A DNA stretch of 64,000 bases from an uncultured Gammaproteobacteria bacterium. GTDB lineage: Bacteria > Patescibacteriota > Microgenomatia > JALYQM01. The stretch lies in the NCBI GenBank assembly GCA_964525495.1, contig CAZGHS010000001.1:10863-74862 (forward strand). Direction: 5' to 3'. A program made the position numbers and the translations under genes. Within the stretch, counting starts at the first letter, position 1, and each line of letters starts with the position of its first letter. Of the stretch, positions 48,100 to 58,220 are shown in pieces. The notes beneath the pieces were generated by a model. It ran no database searches, had not been told where the DNA came from, and worked only from the letters and a program-made list of their open reading frames with translations.

Positions 48100-49275
48100 A
48101 TGAAAAATCACAAACATCTTTTCATAACCATTATTGTTGCATCAATCGCAACTGCATCTGTGTGGCTCCTCCTCTTAAATCAAAGTACCCAAAGCGCAAA
48201 TACTGTACTGCAGAAAAAGACCATCAAAATTGGCGGGATCCTTCCACTATCTGGAGACGCTGCCTCCGGGGGCATTCCCCTACAACAAGCGGCCGAAGTC
48301 GCAGTCAAAGAAATAAACAATGCAGGAGGATTACGCGGAAAATTAATTGAAACTATATGGGAAGATGGCCACTGCGAGAAAACTAGCGCAAAAATTGCTG
48401 CCGAAAAATTGTTGAATCAAAACGATATAGATTTCCTGATTGGTGGAGCTTGCTCTGATGAATTTCTTGTCTCAGCCCCTCTTGCCCAACAAAAAAACAT
48501 ATTAAGTTTTACCCCATCAGCTACTAGTCCTCAAATAAGTTTGCTCGGTGAAAATATTTTTAGAACAACTCCTTCAGATAGCTTAGCGGGCAAAGCTGCA
48601 GCACAATATGGCTACACAAAATTAAAATCCCGCAGAGTCGCTCTCATTAGCGAAGACAAAGATTTCACCACCAATCTAAAAGAAGAATTCAGAAAAGAAT
48701 ATCTGAAATTAGGCGGTGCTGTGGTATATGAAATAGTTTTCAAAACCGGAACTAATGAGTTTGACACAATAGCAAATGCAGTAAAAGCAGCTAAGCCAGA
48801 TCTCATATACCTCGTGCCACAAACTGAAAGTCCTGGAGTCTTAGCAATCAAATCCATAAAGCAAACATTACCGACCACAAATATTATGACGGGAGAAATA
48901 CTTTTACAAAGACAAACGGTTACAGAACAGGGTACTATCCTTGAAGGCATCACTGGAATTGAATTATATTACGACGAGACAAACCCAAAAACAAAACATC
49001 TACTCGATACATACAAATCGGAGTATGGCGTCGCCGCTCCCTATCCAGCTTATATGACTGGCATGTATGATATTTTTTATCTTATAAAAGAAGCCTACGT
49101 AAAAACCGATGGATCAACAGAAAAAATGGCAGAATATCTTCACCAATTAAATAACTGGCCTGGTGCTGTGGGAGAGTTATCCTTCGACAAAAATGGTGAT
49201 CCTGTACTTAACTACAGTATTAGAAAAGTAAAGAATAAGCAGACTGAATTAATAGAGATATACCGTCCTCAATAA
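48100..49275 (+). CDS. Second membrane-anchored LivJ-type binding protein (paralog)
   Basis: IGGILPLSGDAASGG...EDGHC. Same architecture as 44494..45804. Confidence 0.6.
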   Translation: MKNHKHLFITIIVASIATASVWLLLLNQSTQSANTVLQKKTIKIGGILPLSGDAASGGIPLQQAAEVAVKEINNAGGLRGKLIETIWEDGHCEKTSAKIAAEKLLNQNDIDFLIGGACSDEFLVSAPLAQQKNILSFTPSATSPQISLLGENIFRTTPSDSLAGKAAAQYGYTKLKSRRVALISEDKDFTTNLKEEFRKEYLKLGGAVVYEIVFKTGTNEFDTIANAVKAAKPDLIYLVPQTESPGVLAIKSIKQTLPTTNIMTGEILLQRQTVTEQGTILEGITGIELYYDETNPKTKHLLDTYKSEYGVAAPYPAYMTGMYDIFYLIKEAYVKTDGSTEKMAEYLHQLNNWPGAVGELSFDKNGDPVLNYSIRKVKNKQTELIEIYRPQ

Positions 49276-50364
49276 CTATTTAAGTATATCAATACTACTT
49301 TGCTTCATCGAGTCTAAGATTTTTGTAGATTCGACTCCCTGTGCCAAACGCACTTGTCCATACTTTTCAATAATAATTGGAACATAAGCTACGTCGACAA
49401 GCTTTTTGTTATTAAAAACATACTTCCCTATTACACCTTCTTTTGTTTCCCGTGACCACTCCTGGTCAAATATAAAATTGCCATGCGCATACGCAATAAA
49501 CCCTTGCTTATATTGTTCAACACTTTGAACCCAATGGGGGTGATTTCCCATAACAAAATCAGCGCCATTATCAACAAAAAAATGCCCAAGATCAATCGGA
49601 TCATCCGGTGCTATCCCTGCAGCTCGCTGCGGAAAATAAGTATACTCTTTCCCCCAATGAACTGAGACAACGACAACATCAACCATTTTCTTCAGCGCGT
49701 TTAGTTTCTCAGCAACAAGAGGCTTATTCACTTGTGGTCCAACGGCATTTATAGCAAAAATACCCAAGCGCATATCGTTAACTGTCGTAATCAGCGGTTC
49801 GTCAAATGTAACACTCTCAATATTCGCATCCAATAAATGAGAAATCGTTTCTTTCTTCCCCTGTAACCCATGATTCAAAATATGGTTGTTCTCTAAAGTA
49901 GCAATTGATATACCAGCGTCACTCATAGCCTGTGCAAACAATGGCTGCCCACAAAACACCATTCCTTCAGTATGATGAGGGCAACTAGCTATTAACGGAG
50001 CTTCTAAATTAGTAATAGTAATATCACCTGAGGAGAAGAGTCCGGGAATATGCTCGAAGGGAAAGTTTACACCAAGTCGTCGAATTTTATTATCCGTTAC
50101 GCGCGCAGGAATAATATCCCCGGTTGCCATAATTACGCTTGAGTGAGGGTCATCTAGCACTTCGGAATCTGAAAAAATCGACTCAATAGTTAGTGGTTCA
50201 AAAGACACAGCTAACGGTGTCGCGACTGCTGCATCAACTTTCTCCACAACAAGCGGCTCTCCAGCATTATAGAATGGAGTGGGCGAAAGTGCTCGAAATA
50301 AAGCAACTCCGCCAATTAAAGTGAAGGCAAGTCCACTAAAAAAAATAAGAATTTTTTTTATCAC
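49276..50364 (-). CDS. CapA/PGA_cap family metallophosphoesterase-like protein
   Basis: N-terminal anchor, then GDIIPARV, NLEAPL, LENNHILNHG, and MGNHPHWVQ blocks typical of CapA. Confidence 0.6.
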   Translation of the reverse strand: MIKKILIFFSGLAFTLIGGVALFRALSPTPFYNAGEPLVVEKVDAAVATPLAVSFEPLTIESIFSDSEVLDDPHSSVIMATGDIIPARVTDNKIRRLGVNFPFEHIPGLFSSGDITITNLEAPLIASCPHHTEGMVFCGQPLFAQAMSDAGISIATLENNHILNHGLQGKKETISHLLDANIESVTFDEPLITTVNDMRLGIFAINAVGPQVNKPLVAEKLNALKKMVDVVVVSVHWGKEYTYFPQRAAGIAPDDPIDLGHFFVDNGADFVMGNHPHWVQSVEQYKQGFIAYAHGNFIFDQEWSRETKEGVIGKYVFNNKKLVDVAYVPIIIEKYGQVRLAQGVESTKILDSMKQSSIDILK

Positions 50365-50367
50365 AAG

Positions 50368-50838
50368 TTATTTTTGAATAATAACGGGCGCTATGAATAA
50401 ATCTTTAGTAACTTCAACAAAACTTGGATTAATAGGAATTAAGTCAGCATCTTGTAACGTACTCTCAGCATTCGACTCTAAATATGCAACCTCAGCATCA
50501 GAGTAATTGGAAGGAGAAGCAACTCGAATTTGATACTTGCCGGCAGGTACACTTTCAATAACTGCCGTACCAATATCGTTGACCAAAGCACTTCGAACAA
50601 AATCGTCTTCAAAATTTGCGAGTTCGATTCGTAGATTCCGCTCACCACTTCCTAAAATTCCATATTTCTCTGGAAAATATGGAAGAGCTTTAGCTACTTT
50701 TATCTCTACCCTATATGCAGATTTAAATTGAGCTTCTTGAAAAAGTGCCGCAGAAAGATTTCGCATGCCAAGATATATTTCCGGCAAATACCACACAAAA
50801 GCTATCGCTAAAATAAATGGAAAAACTCTCCTCAACAT
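50368..50838 (-). CDS. Hypothetical secreted protein
   Basis: N-terminal TM/signal. No motif. Confidence 0.35.
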   Translation of the reverse strand: MLRRVFPFILAIAFVWYLPEIYLGMRNLSAALFQEAQFKSAYRVEIKVAKALPYFPEKYGILGSGERNLRIELANFEDDFVRSALVNDIGTAVIESVPAGKYQIRVASPSNYSDAEVAYLESNAESTLQDADLIPINPSFVEVTKDLFIAPVIIQK

Positions 50839-50852
50839 AACGTACTTTAAGA

Positions 50853-51950
50853 CTACCGATTAGCAACAGCTTCGTCAACTATGGATTTAATCCGTAAGTT
50901 AAATTTGGAGCGAGAAAAGTCTGATGCACGTAACCGACATGCCTCAGGATTAAATTTCATCGTACTAAAACGCTGTAAAGCCCCTACTACAGCATCAACT
51001 GTCTGCTGTTCAAAGAAAATACCCGTTTGTCCATCCACTACAGATTCACAAACACCACCCTTGGCATAAGCAATAACTGGTTTTCCCCACGCCATCACTT
51101 CAAGAGGCGCTAACCCAAAATCTTCAAAACCTGGAAAAATAAGGCCTTTAGACTGAGCAATCAGAAGATTTCTCTTCGTATCATCAACGTACCCAACAAA
51201 CGTAATAGTTTCCCCTGCAATACTTTCCAAATATGACCGTTCGCTACCTTCACCCACAATTACTAACTTTACTTTCAATTCATTACAAGCACGAACAGCT
51301 AAATCTACTCGTTTAGATCGTACAAGTCGAGATAAACATATAAAATAATCACTACTGCTCGAATACACCTTGGCAAACTCTTTCTGTTCGGGGACATCAA
51401 CAAACGAATAAATTACAGTTGCTTTTCGCTTATAATAACTCGCCATGCGATCTGCAGTAGTATGTGAATTAGTAAGTAATCGATCAATACGCTGTACTGC
51501 AATATATTCATGGTTCCGCAAAAAAGATTTTTGGAACATACTCACTAATGAACTCTTTATAGATCTCTTCTGCTCATCTAGAAATCCATAGAGTGTTTGC
51601 GCAGGAGTATGCATATAGCTGATATGAACAACCTGAGGAGGACAAATCACAAACTTGGAGAAAATAACGTCCGAGGTGATTACAACATCGTACGATGACA
51701 AATCGAGCCGTTCCATCACCGACACCAGGTACGGCGCATAAATTTGAGGGTATACATCAATTTTTGGCAAAGATGATGCGACACTGGTTATCCGTAACCC
51801 TTTCCAATGCGCAGGAAATTTCGTGTGGTCATACGTCAAAGTATAAATATCCACTTGGTTATCAAAACATAACGCCAATGCTTCCAAAAAACGTTCTGCA
51901 CCACCATATTGAGTCAAAAAATCATGAACGAGCGCTATCTTCATAAACAA
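50853..51950 (-). CDS. GT4-family (GT-B) glycosyltransferase
   Basis: E-x7-E region FGLAPLEVMAWGKPVIA and Rossmann-like halves. Confidence 0.7.
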   Translation of the reverse strand: MFMKIALVHDFLTQYGGAERFLEALALCFDNQVDIYTLTYDHTKFPAHWKGLRITSVASSLPKIDVYPQIYAPYLVSVMERLDLSSYDVVITSDVIFSKFVICPPQVVHISYMHTPAQTLYGFLDEQKRSIKSSLVSMFQKSFLRNHEYIAVQRIDRLLTNSHTTADRMASYYKRKATVIYSFVDVPEQKEFAKVYSSSSDYFICLSRLVRSKRVDLAVRACNELKVKLVIVGEGSERSYLESIAGETITFVGYVDDTKRNLLIAQSKGLIFPGFEDFGLAPLEVMAWGKPVIAYAKGGVCESVVDGQTGIFFEQQTVDAVVGALQRFSTMKFNPEACRLRASDFSRSKFNLRIKSIVDEAVANR

Positions 51951-52755
51951 TCTCTTTAATCGCAGTAATATGAATACCTGCGCCAGGCAAAAACCAAAAT
52001 AATCGTGATTCCCAGAACCAAATCCACGATATACTATTTTTTATCCAACGTAAAACGAAAACTCCACTGCGTGAACCCTCCGCATCCAAAGATCCTTCCA
52101 AAGAGTTTTCAATTTTTTTCCCAGATAAACTGAGCAATAGGTAGTAAAAAAGGTCACCAATCTGATTAAGCAAGTGACAACTCCATCGTACTTCAATTAT
52201 CCGCAGTCCAGCATCCTGACACATAATTTCAACTGCATTACGCGTTAGTTTTTGTATATGCCCGGCTGTCTTTTCTTTTAAATTAACCCCCACAGCATTT
52301 AACAATCCATGCAGACTAAATATCTCCCCTTCACAAGGCACATATGCATGAAATAGTCCACCATTATCCAACACGCGAACAGATTCTTTAATACATGTAG
52401 CCGGATCCACAACATGCTCCAATACATCGAAAAAACACACAACAGAAAAAACAGAAGAATTATACGGCAGAGATTCTGCCGGTCCTTCGACTAAATGCAA
52501 TTGAGGAAAATGTTCTGAACCATATCGAATAGCAGCTCGCCCAATGTCAACTCCATACAGTTCAAGTTCGGGAGAATATCTCTGTATTCCAAGCAGATTT
52601 CCACCTGCACCGCAACCAATTTCCAACAGCTTTCCTATACGATTCTTAAGATGAGGAATAAAATAAAAAAACCGCAATCCTGCTAAACAGAAGGGAGATA
52701 TCTCAGGGATAACGGTACCCCACACTTTAGTTTCATAGTCAAATTGATAACTCAC
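51922..52755 (-). CDS. Class I SAM-dependent methyltransferase
   Basis: LLEIGCGAGGNL motif I. Confidence 0.6.
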   Translation of the reverse strand: MSYQFDYETKVWGTVIPEISPFCLAGLRFFYFIPHLKNRIGKLLEIGCGAGGNLLGIQRYSPELELYGVDIGRAAIRYGSEHFPQLHLVEGPAESLPYNSSVFSVVCFFDVLEHVVDPATCIKESVRVLDNGGLFHAYVPCEGEIFSLHGLLNAVGVNLKEKTAGHIQKLTRNAVEIMCQDAGLRIIEVRWSCHLLNQIGDLFYYLLLSLSGKKIENSLEGSLDAEGSRSGVFVLRWIKNSISWIWFWESRLFWFLPGAGIHITAIKEIVYEDSARS

Positions 52756-53285
52756 AATTCGTAGAACTCCAAACTCAGTTCTTTTAATTTTTCAACGTCG
52801 TCGTATTTATGGTCATTACCTGGAATCTCGTGAAGTCGGTAATCAATAACGTTCTTTGAAATAAGAAGTTCGTCTAAATCTTTAGCAGACATTGCCGGAT
52901 CTGACTCCTGCTGAATAAAAAGCGTCGGAACGTGATAATTAGTTAACCAATTATCAATATCATAACCCCGTTCCTTCCCCCACAGTACTGGAGTACCAAC
53001 AAAAATGCACACTTCTGGATCCAACACACCTTCAAAAATTCCATACAGAGTAAGTAAAACTCCAGCAGATTTTGCAAATATAACGTACTTATCAAACTCT
53101 TGAACAGTAGCGGTAAGCTTCAACAATTCAGCGTCCAAATCAATCTCAGACTCCTCATCTCCGTTCCACCAATGATCATAGTAAAGAACTGCTGTATGAG
53201 GAAAAATACCTTGAAAGGCTCCATCTACACGGTCCACCCACACTTTATCTGACTTACTGTTTCCTGGCAACAAAATTAGGTTCAT
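52752..53285 (-). CDS. Hypothetical protein
   Basis: 177 aa with no motif. Translationally coupled to the upstream methyltransferase. Confidence 0.35.
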   Translation of the reverse strand: MNLILLPGNSKSDKVWVDRVDGAFQGIFPHTAVLYYDHWWNGDEESEIDLDAELLKLTATVQEFDKYVIFAKSAGVLLTLYGIFEGVLDPEVCIFVGTPVLWGKERGYDIDNWLTNYHVPTLFIQQESDPAMSAKDLDELLISKNVIDYRLHEIPGNDHKYDDVEKLKELSLEFYEL

Positions 53286-53347
53286 ATCTCACCATTATAC
53301 CCTATCAACACCTTCCTATTTAGTACCCAACTCGATATACTCTACCC

Positions 53348-54997
53348 ATGACACAACATGCTGATCAAGGCGGTTATTATGAAGACGATGATGTTAAAGA
53401 AGAAAAGCATCTCCAGCACGACGTCGAACCAAAATCCCAGCGTGTAACAACAATCATCACTCTCGTAGTTCTTATAGTAATTGCCCTCACTGCACGATTA
53501 ATATACCTCTTTCTCGTAGCCAATCCTGACAATCCAGGAGCTGGTTGGTTTGGAGACTCCTATCACCATTGGCAAATAGGATATCTCACAAAAGAAATTG
53601 GACTAAGCCAAGGATTTCTGCGCGTCTGGGATTTAAAAGGTATGGACCTCTTTTGGGGAGCACTCCATCCACTTACACTTGCATTCGCCTTTAGCATTAC
53701 CGGTAACGATTCAATGGCATTAGCACGCGCTATCACTTGTATCGCCGGAGCTATATCAGTCGGACTAATTTACCTTATTGGAAGAAAATATTGGAATAAT
53801 ACTGTTGCAATCATGGGAGCGCTCTTTGCAGCGCTGTGTTCAATTATCATTTTCAATGATGCAACTGGCATGGTTGAACCTCTTGGTATCCCCTTCCTAC
53901 TTGCCGGAGTATATTTTTGGCCTCGTAAGTCACTACTATCTGGCTTGTGCTTCGGCATTGCACTCACGACTCGCTCAGAATATTGGATGTACAGCATCGG
54001 TTTAATTTTCGTCTATACGATATGGGATCGCATGGCGCACATGGATAAAAAAGTACTTTTGTGGCTTGGATTGTTCATAATTCTCGTTCCATATATGAAA
54101 TATCTACTGGATTATACCGGCAATCCTGTATACCCTTTTTATCAAAACTTTTTCAAAAACATAGCAGGCGAATGGCAATATAAAAAAGTACTAGAACCCG
54201 CAGATCTTCAAGGCCAGCTTACGTTTAGAATCATATTAGCTATCACCACACTAGCCACTGTCATAACACTCTGGAAGAGGCCGCGCGGATGGCAATTCCA
54301 CCTGCTCGGTCAAGGAAACTGGCTCTTCTTAGGATTAACATTTGGTGTATCAAACTATATTAAGAGCTGGGCAGATTATGTCTGGGTAGTCAGATTTATG
54401 CTCTTCCCCTATACCTATCTCGGAGTCGTAATAGCAATTGCACTTTTCTATACGTTCCGGGAAAGGCTCTCAGGAGGACTTAAATCTACATATACAGTCG
54501 TAGCTGCCGCCACTTTCATACTTTTCATAGGAACTACTCATCTCGCATGGCAAGAGATAAATAAATATTATGAACCAACCAACAAAACATGGAGTTATGT
54601 ACAAGAAGTAGCCACAAAGATGAGTACGGGGTACAAAGGAGGAAAAATCCTTTTACCAGAAGGTAATCCAGACTTAACGTATGCCTTAGTTACATTCCAT
54701 GGAGTGGAAGGCAAAGACATGCTAAGCCAAATGTACGATCCGATCGGATATGCCAGCCAAAATGGCCTAAACGCTGTCGAAAACTGGAACAATGTCGACC
54801 CATTTAGTAAAGAAGGCTTAACCTTTAAGGAAGAAGTTCGTGACTATCTCAAAACCAATAAAGTGCAATACATTATCACTTATGGGAGCTTCCCTCGATA
54901 TAATGTATTAGTGGAAACCGAACCAACGTGGTTCAGCGTTGCAGTTCCACTCTCAGAAAACTTTATTGCTCTCCATGTGAATCAAGACAATCTTTAG
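53348..54997 (+). CDS. Polytopic membrane protein, GT-C-fold glycosyltransferase-like (ArnT/PMT/Emb-like architecture)
   Basis: Eleven or more TM helices in the first 400 aa, then a roughly 150-aa soluble C-terminal domain. Acidic residues sit in the first extracytoplasmic loop. Fold assignment is tentative. Confidence 0.4.
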   Translation: MTQHADQGGYYEDDDVKEEKHLQHDVEPKSQRVTTIITLVVLIVIALTARLIYLFLVANPDNPGAGWFGDSYHHWQIGYLTKEIGLSQGFLRVWDLKGMDLFWGALHPLTLAFAFSITGNDSMALARAITCIAGAISVGLIYLIGRKYWNNTVAIMGALFAALCSIIIFNDATGMVEPLGIPFLLAGVYFWPRKSLLSGLCFGIALTTRSEYWMYSIGLIFVYTIWDRMAHMDKKVLLWLGLFIILVPYMKYLLDYTGNPVYPFYQNFFKNIAGEWQYKKVLEPADLQGQLTFRIILAITTLATVITLWKRPRGWQFHLLGQGNWLFLGLTFGVSNYIKSWADYVWVVRFMLFPYTYLGVVIAIALFYTFRERLSGGLKSTYTVVAAATFILFIGTTHLAWQEINKYYEPTNKTWSYVQEVATKMSTGYKGGKILLPEGNPDLTYALVTFHGVEGKDMLSQMYDPIGYASQNGLNAVENWNNVDPFSKEGLTFKEEVRDYLKTNKVQYIITYGSFPRYNVLVETEPTWFSVAVPLSENFIALHVNQDNL

Positions 54998-56504
54998 AAA
55001 CATAATAAATATAGACAGTATCTTGATACGCTAAACTTTTTTCAAATACTTTTCGTAATTCAAAACAACTTGGATTATCCAACCGATAGTTCAATAACAT
55101 AACGCCTTCGCCGCCAAGGTGCGCTAAAGAGCGCCTAACCACCTCGCTTTGATCAATTGCCTGCCGATCCGTGTTCATAACCACATAAGTACCTACAGTG
55201 TCACTACGAGGATAATATAAATGCCTATTTAAATATATTGCGATAGGAGTCATCGCATAGTCAAAATCCACACTGATAGGCAGTCTGTCGAGTTGCGAAG
55301 TCTTTAAATAATCTGAGACATCCTTACTCGTCATGAATGGTTCATTAAAATCTGCATAGTACGCATAGATTCCACAGACAAAATGTACCGAAAGCAACAC
55401 AGTAAAAAACGGCGGGAATATTCGATTTACTGCCTTATACATTTTTTCAGATCGAACAGACAAACCATCTTCTCTCTCGGGATAAAAACTTCTTAGCCAC
55501 ACGATACATATAAAAAGAATAAAAAAGAAGCCATAATGACGGACCGCTCCATAGTAAGTGGTATAAAATAACAAAAACAACACACTCGCCGCACCCAAAT
55601 ATAACCCTAGTAACACTCGCCTCTTAACAAGCAAAAGACACGAATACAAAATAAACAAGCCAACTAATCCAATCGCAATACCAATCGAAACATACTGCGT
55701 AGTCGAAAGTGATTCAGTGTTCTGAACCGGCATAACAATATTTGTATTCCAAAAATGAAGTCCGAAGTGAGGAATTGGTATCATCCCACGCCAAACCATC
55801 AAACTAGATAGAGCCACCCTCTGTAAATCAAAGTGGGTATACGAATCCAAGGTATAACTACGATCAACGGGCGGCAATAATTTAAGCAGCGCAGTACCAC
55901 TCAAGGATACAAAACAGAATAAAGAGATCACTAATATTCGCCAATCAACTTTTTTGCGATATATCCATATATATTCACCAAACAAAAAACAACCCAAAAC
56001 AAGCGAAAAAAGAAATCCAACTGGCGAAGTCTGCCCTAACAATCCCACAATCAAAGCAGTGAGATATAATCGTCGAAACCGTTGCGCATACCAAGCACAA
56101 TATATAAAGAGAAGCAAAACAGTCAAACCATAGTTCCGGCTTATAACGGCATATTCAAAAAAAACAAAGTAACCAAAAATAAATAAAATCTTATCGAGCA
56201 ATCGAAAAGGTGCATATCGACAAAAAACTACAATTCCAATCAAAGCAATGGCTATATGAGCCAGTTGCATATAGTAAAAATTGTCAGTAATCCGAGTTAC
56301 TCCAAACAGGATCGAATACCACATCATAGGGTGCGCTTCATATGTTAGATTCTGATAAAGGTTGACCAACGAGCTGCTATCTCGCGCAAAAAGCCAGCCA
56401 TGCGCTTCTTCATACCACAATTCATGTCGAGGCAATAGCAAAACAAGAAGAAAAAACCAAATACCTACAATGATATAAACAAAATATTTTCTAAAATTAC
56501 CCAT
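54963..56504 (-). CDS. Polytopic membrane protein, possibly a second GT-C-like glycosyltransferase or polymerase
   Basis: 513 aa. About 12 TM helices, then a C-terminal soluble domain. Confidence 0.35.
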   Translation of the reverse strand: MGNFRKYFVYIIVGIWFFLLVLLLPRHELWYEEAHGWLFARDSSSLVNLYQNLTYEAHPMMWYSILFGVTRITDNFYYMQLAHIAIALIGIVVFCRYAPFRLLDKILFIFGYFVFFEYAVISRNYGLTVLLLFIYCAWYAQRFRRLYLTALIVGLLGQTSPVGFLFSLVLGCFLFGEYIWIYRKKVDWRILVISLFCFVSLSGTALLKLLPPVDRSYTLDSYTHFDLQRVALSSLMVWRGMIPIPHFGLHFWNTNIVMPVQNTESLSTTQYVSIGIAIGLVGLFILYSCLLLVKRRVLLGLYLGAASVLFLLFYTTYYGAVRHYGFFFILFICIVWLRSFYPEREDGLSVRSEKMYKAVNRIFPPFFTVLLSVHFVCGIYAYYADFNEPFMTSKDVSDYLKTSQLDRLPISVDFDYAMTPIAIYLNRHLYYPRSDTVGTYVVMNTDRQAIDQSEVVRRSLAHLGGEGVMLLNYRLDNPSCFELRKVFEKSLAYQDTVYIYYVSKDCLDSHGEQ

Positions 56505-56531
56505 ATAAACTATGCTAGAATACTATTCTAG

Positions 56532-58220
56532 ATGAAAACGCTTGGTATCAATCCTTTTAGTCATGACGCAAGTGTTGCACTCTGTGTCGATGGAAAAATT
56601 ATAGCAGCTGTTACACAAGAGCGTTTTGACAGGATAAAACACAGCACCCAAATTCCTCGAGAGGCACTAGAATTCTGCCTCAAGCAAGGAGATATCTCGG
56701 ACATAAACCAACTCGAAAGCATCGGATTCACGTTTAACTTTCTACATTGGAAAATCATTTGGCACCTACTCGACACCCTCTCCCCGATTCTGCCATCACA
56801 AATAGTAACTCCTTTTTTAAAAAATAAATCTCATCTCTGGAATATTATTAAGATTTGGCATCTCTTAAGAAAAGAGCAAAACTATAAAGGTAAGGTAATA
56901 TTCCTAGAGCATCATCTATGTCATGCAGCATCGGTATACTTTGCATCTCCTTATTCTGACTCAGTAATTATTACTGCCGACGGCAAAGGAGAAATCGCCA
57001 CCACCTGCATTTATGAAGCCGATCAATCAAATATCAAGAAAAAACTTCAGATTAATCATCCAGATTCTATCGGCATCCTGTACTCTCTTGTTACCGAATT
57101 TCTAGGATTTAAACAACTATGTGACGAAGGAAAAATCATGGGGCTCGCACCATACGGAAACAATTCATTAGTAGATTCAATGAAAAAACTTATTCGACTT
57201 GAGGATGGGTTCTCCATTAATATGAACTATTTTCAGCAGGATATTTTCAGCCGATTATCTTTCAGTGAAAAATTTTACGATATATTCGGAAATAAACGTA
57301 AAAAGGATGAAGAACTCACCCAGCACCACAAAAACATAGCCTTCGCAATACAGGCACTAACAGAAAAAATTATTCTCCATATTGTTGCGGTCTCGAAGAT
57401 GCGAACTGAGTCCTCGAACCTCTCGATGGCAGGAGGAGTTATTCTTAACAGCGTAACAAACGGTAAAATTCTTGAATCCAATTTCTATAAAAATGTATAT
57501 TTCTATCCTGCTGCAGGTGACGACGGCACTGCAGTCGGTGCTGCATTTCTAACCTACTATCAAAACAATACCTCTAAACAAAACATTATTGAGAACAGCT
57601 CACCTTATCTTGGACCAGAAATATCAGAGTCAGACATTCTAGCAGAATTAGCAAAACGAGGAATCAAATACACAAAATCAGAAAACATTGCGCATGAAAC
57701 CGCGAAACTTCTCGCACAAAACAAATTTGTCGGGTGGATACAGGGAAAGGCAGAGTTTGGACCGCGCGCGTTAGGCAATCGCTCGATCCTCGCCGATCCG
57801 CGCAATCCCCATAACAAAGATCGACTTAACGCGACTGTCAAATTTCGTGAAAGCTTCCGACCGTTCGCTCCATCAATCTTGGAAGAAGAGGCAACAAAAC
57901 ATTTCAAATCAGATGGAATTAACTCACCGTATATGATCGTTACCTACGATGTAGTCAAGGACAAACAAGACAAAATTCCTGCGGTTACACATATCGACAA
58001 GACGGCCAGAATACAAACGGTTAACAAACAACAAAACGAAAGATACTACAACTTAATAAGCGAATTTAATAAATTAACAGGAGTTCCTGTTTTACTCAAC
58101 ACAAGTTTCAATCGTATGAATGAACCAATTGTAAATTCAGCTGAACAAGCAGTTACCTGCTTTCTAGAATCTGGACTTGAAGTCCTCGCAATGGGAGATT
58201 ATCTAATACTTAAAGATTAG
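56532..58220 (+). CDS. NodU/CmcH-family carbamoyltransferase
   Basis: N-terminus LGINPFSHDASVALCVDGKIIAAVTQERFDRIKHS and the C-terminal YrdC/HypF-like half. 562 aa. Confidence 0.75.
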   Translation: MKTLGINPFSHDASVALCVDGKIIAAVTQERFDRIKHSTQIPREALEFCLKQGDISDINQLESIGFTFNFLHWKIIWHLLDTLSPILPSQIVTPFLKNKSHLWNIIKIWHLLRKEQNYKGKVIFLEHHLCHAASVYFASPYSDSVIITADGKGEIATTCIYEADQSNIKKKLQINHPDSIGILYSLVTEFLGFKQLCDEGKIMGLAPYGNNSLVDSMKKLIRLEDGFSINMNYFQQDIFSRLSFSEKFYDIFGNKRKKDEELTQHHKNIAFAIQALTEKIILHIVAVSKMRTESSNLSMAGGVILNSVTNGKILESNFYKNVYFYPAAGDDGTAVGAAFLTYYQNNTSKQNIIENSSPYLGPEISESDILAELAKRGIKYTKSENIAHETAKLLAQNKFVGWIQGKAEFGPRALGNRSILADPRNPHNKDRLNATVKFRESFRPFAPSILEEEATKHFKSDGINSPYMIVTYDVVKDKQDKIPAVTHIDKTARIQTVNKQQNERYYNLISEFNKLTGVPVLLNTSFNRMNEPIVNSAEQAVTCFLESGLEVLAMGDYLILKD

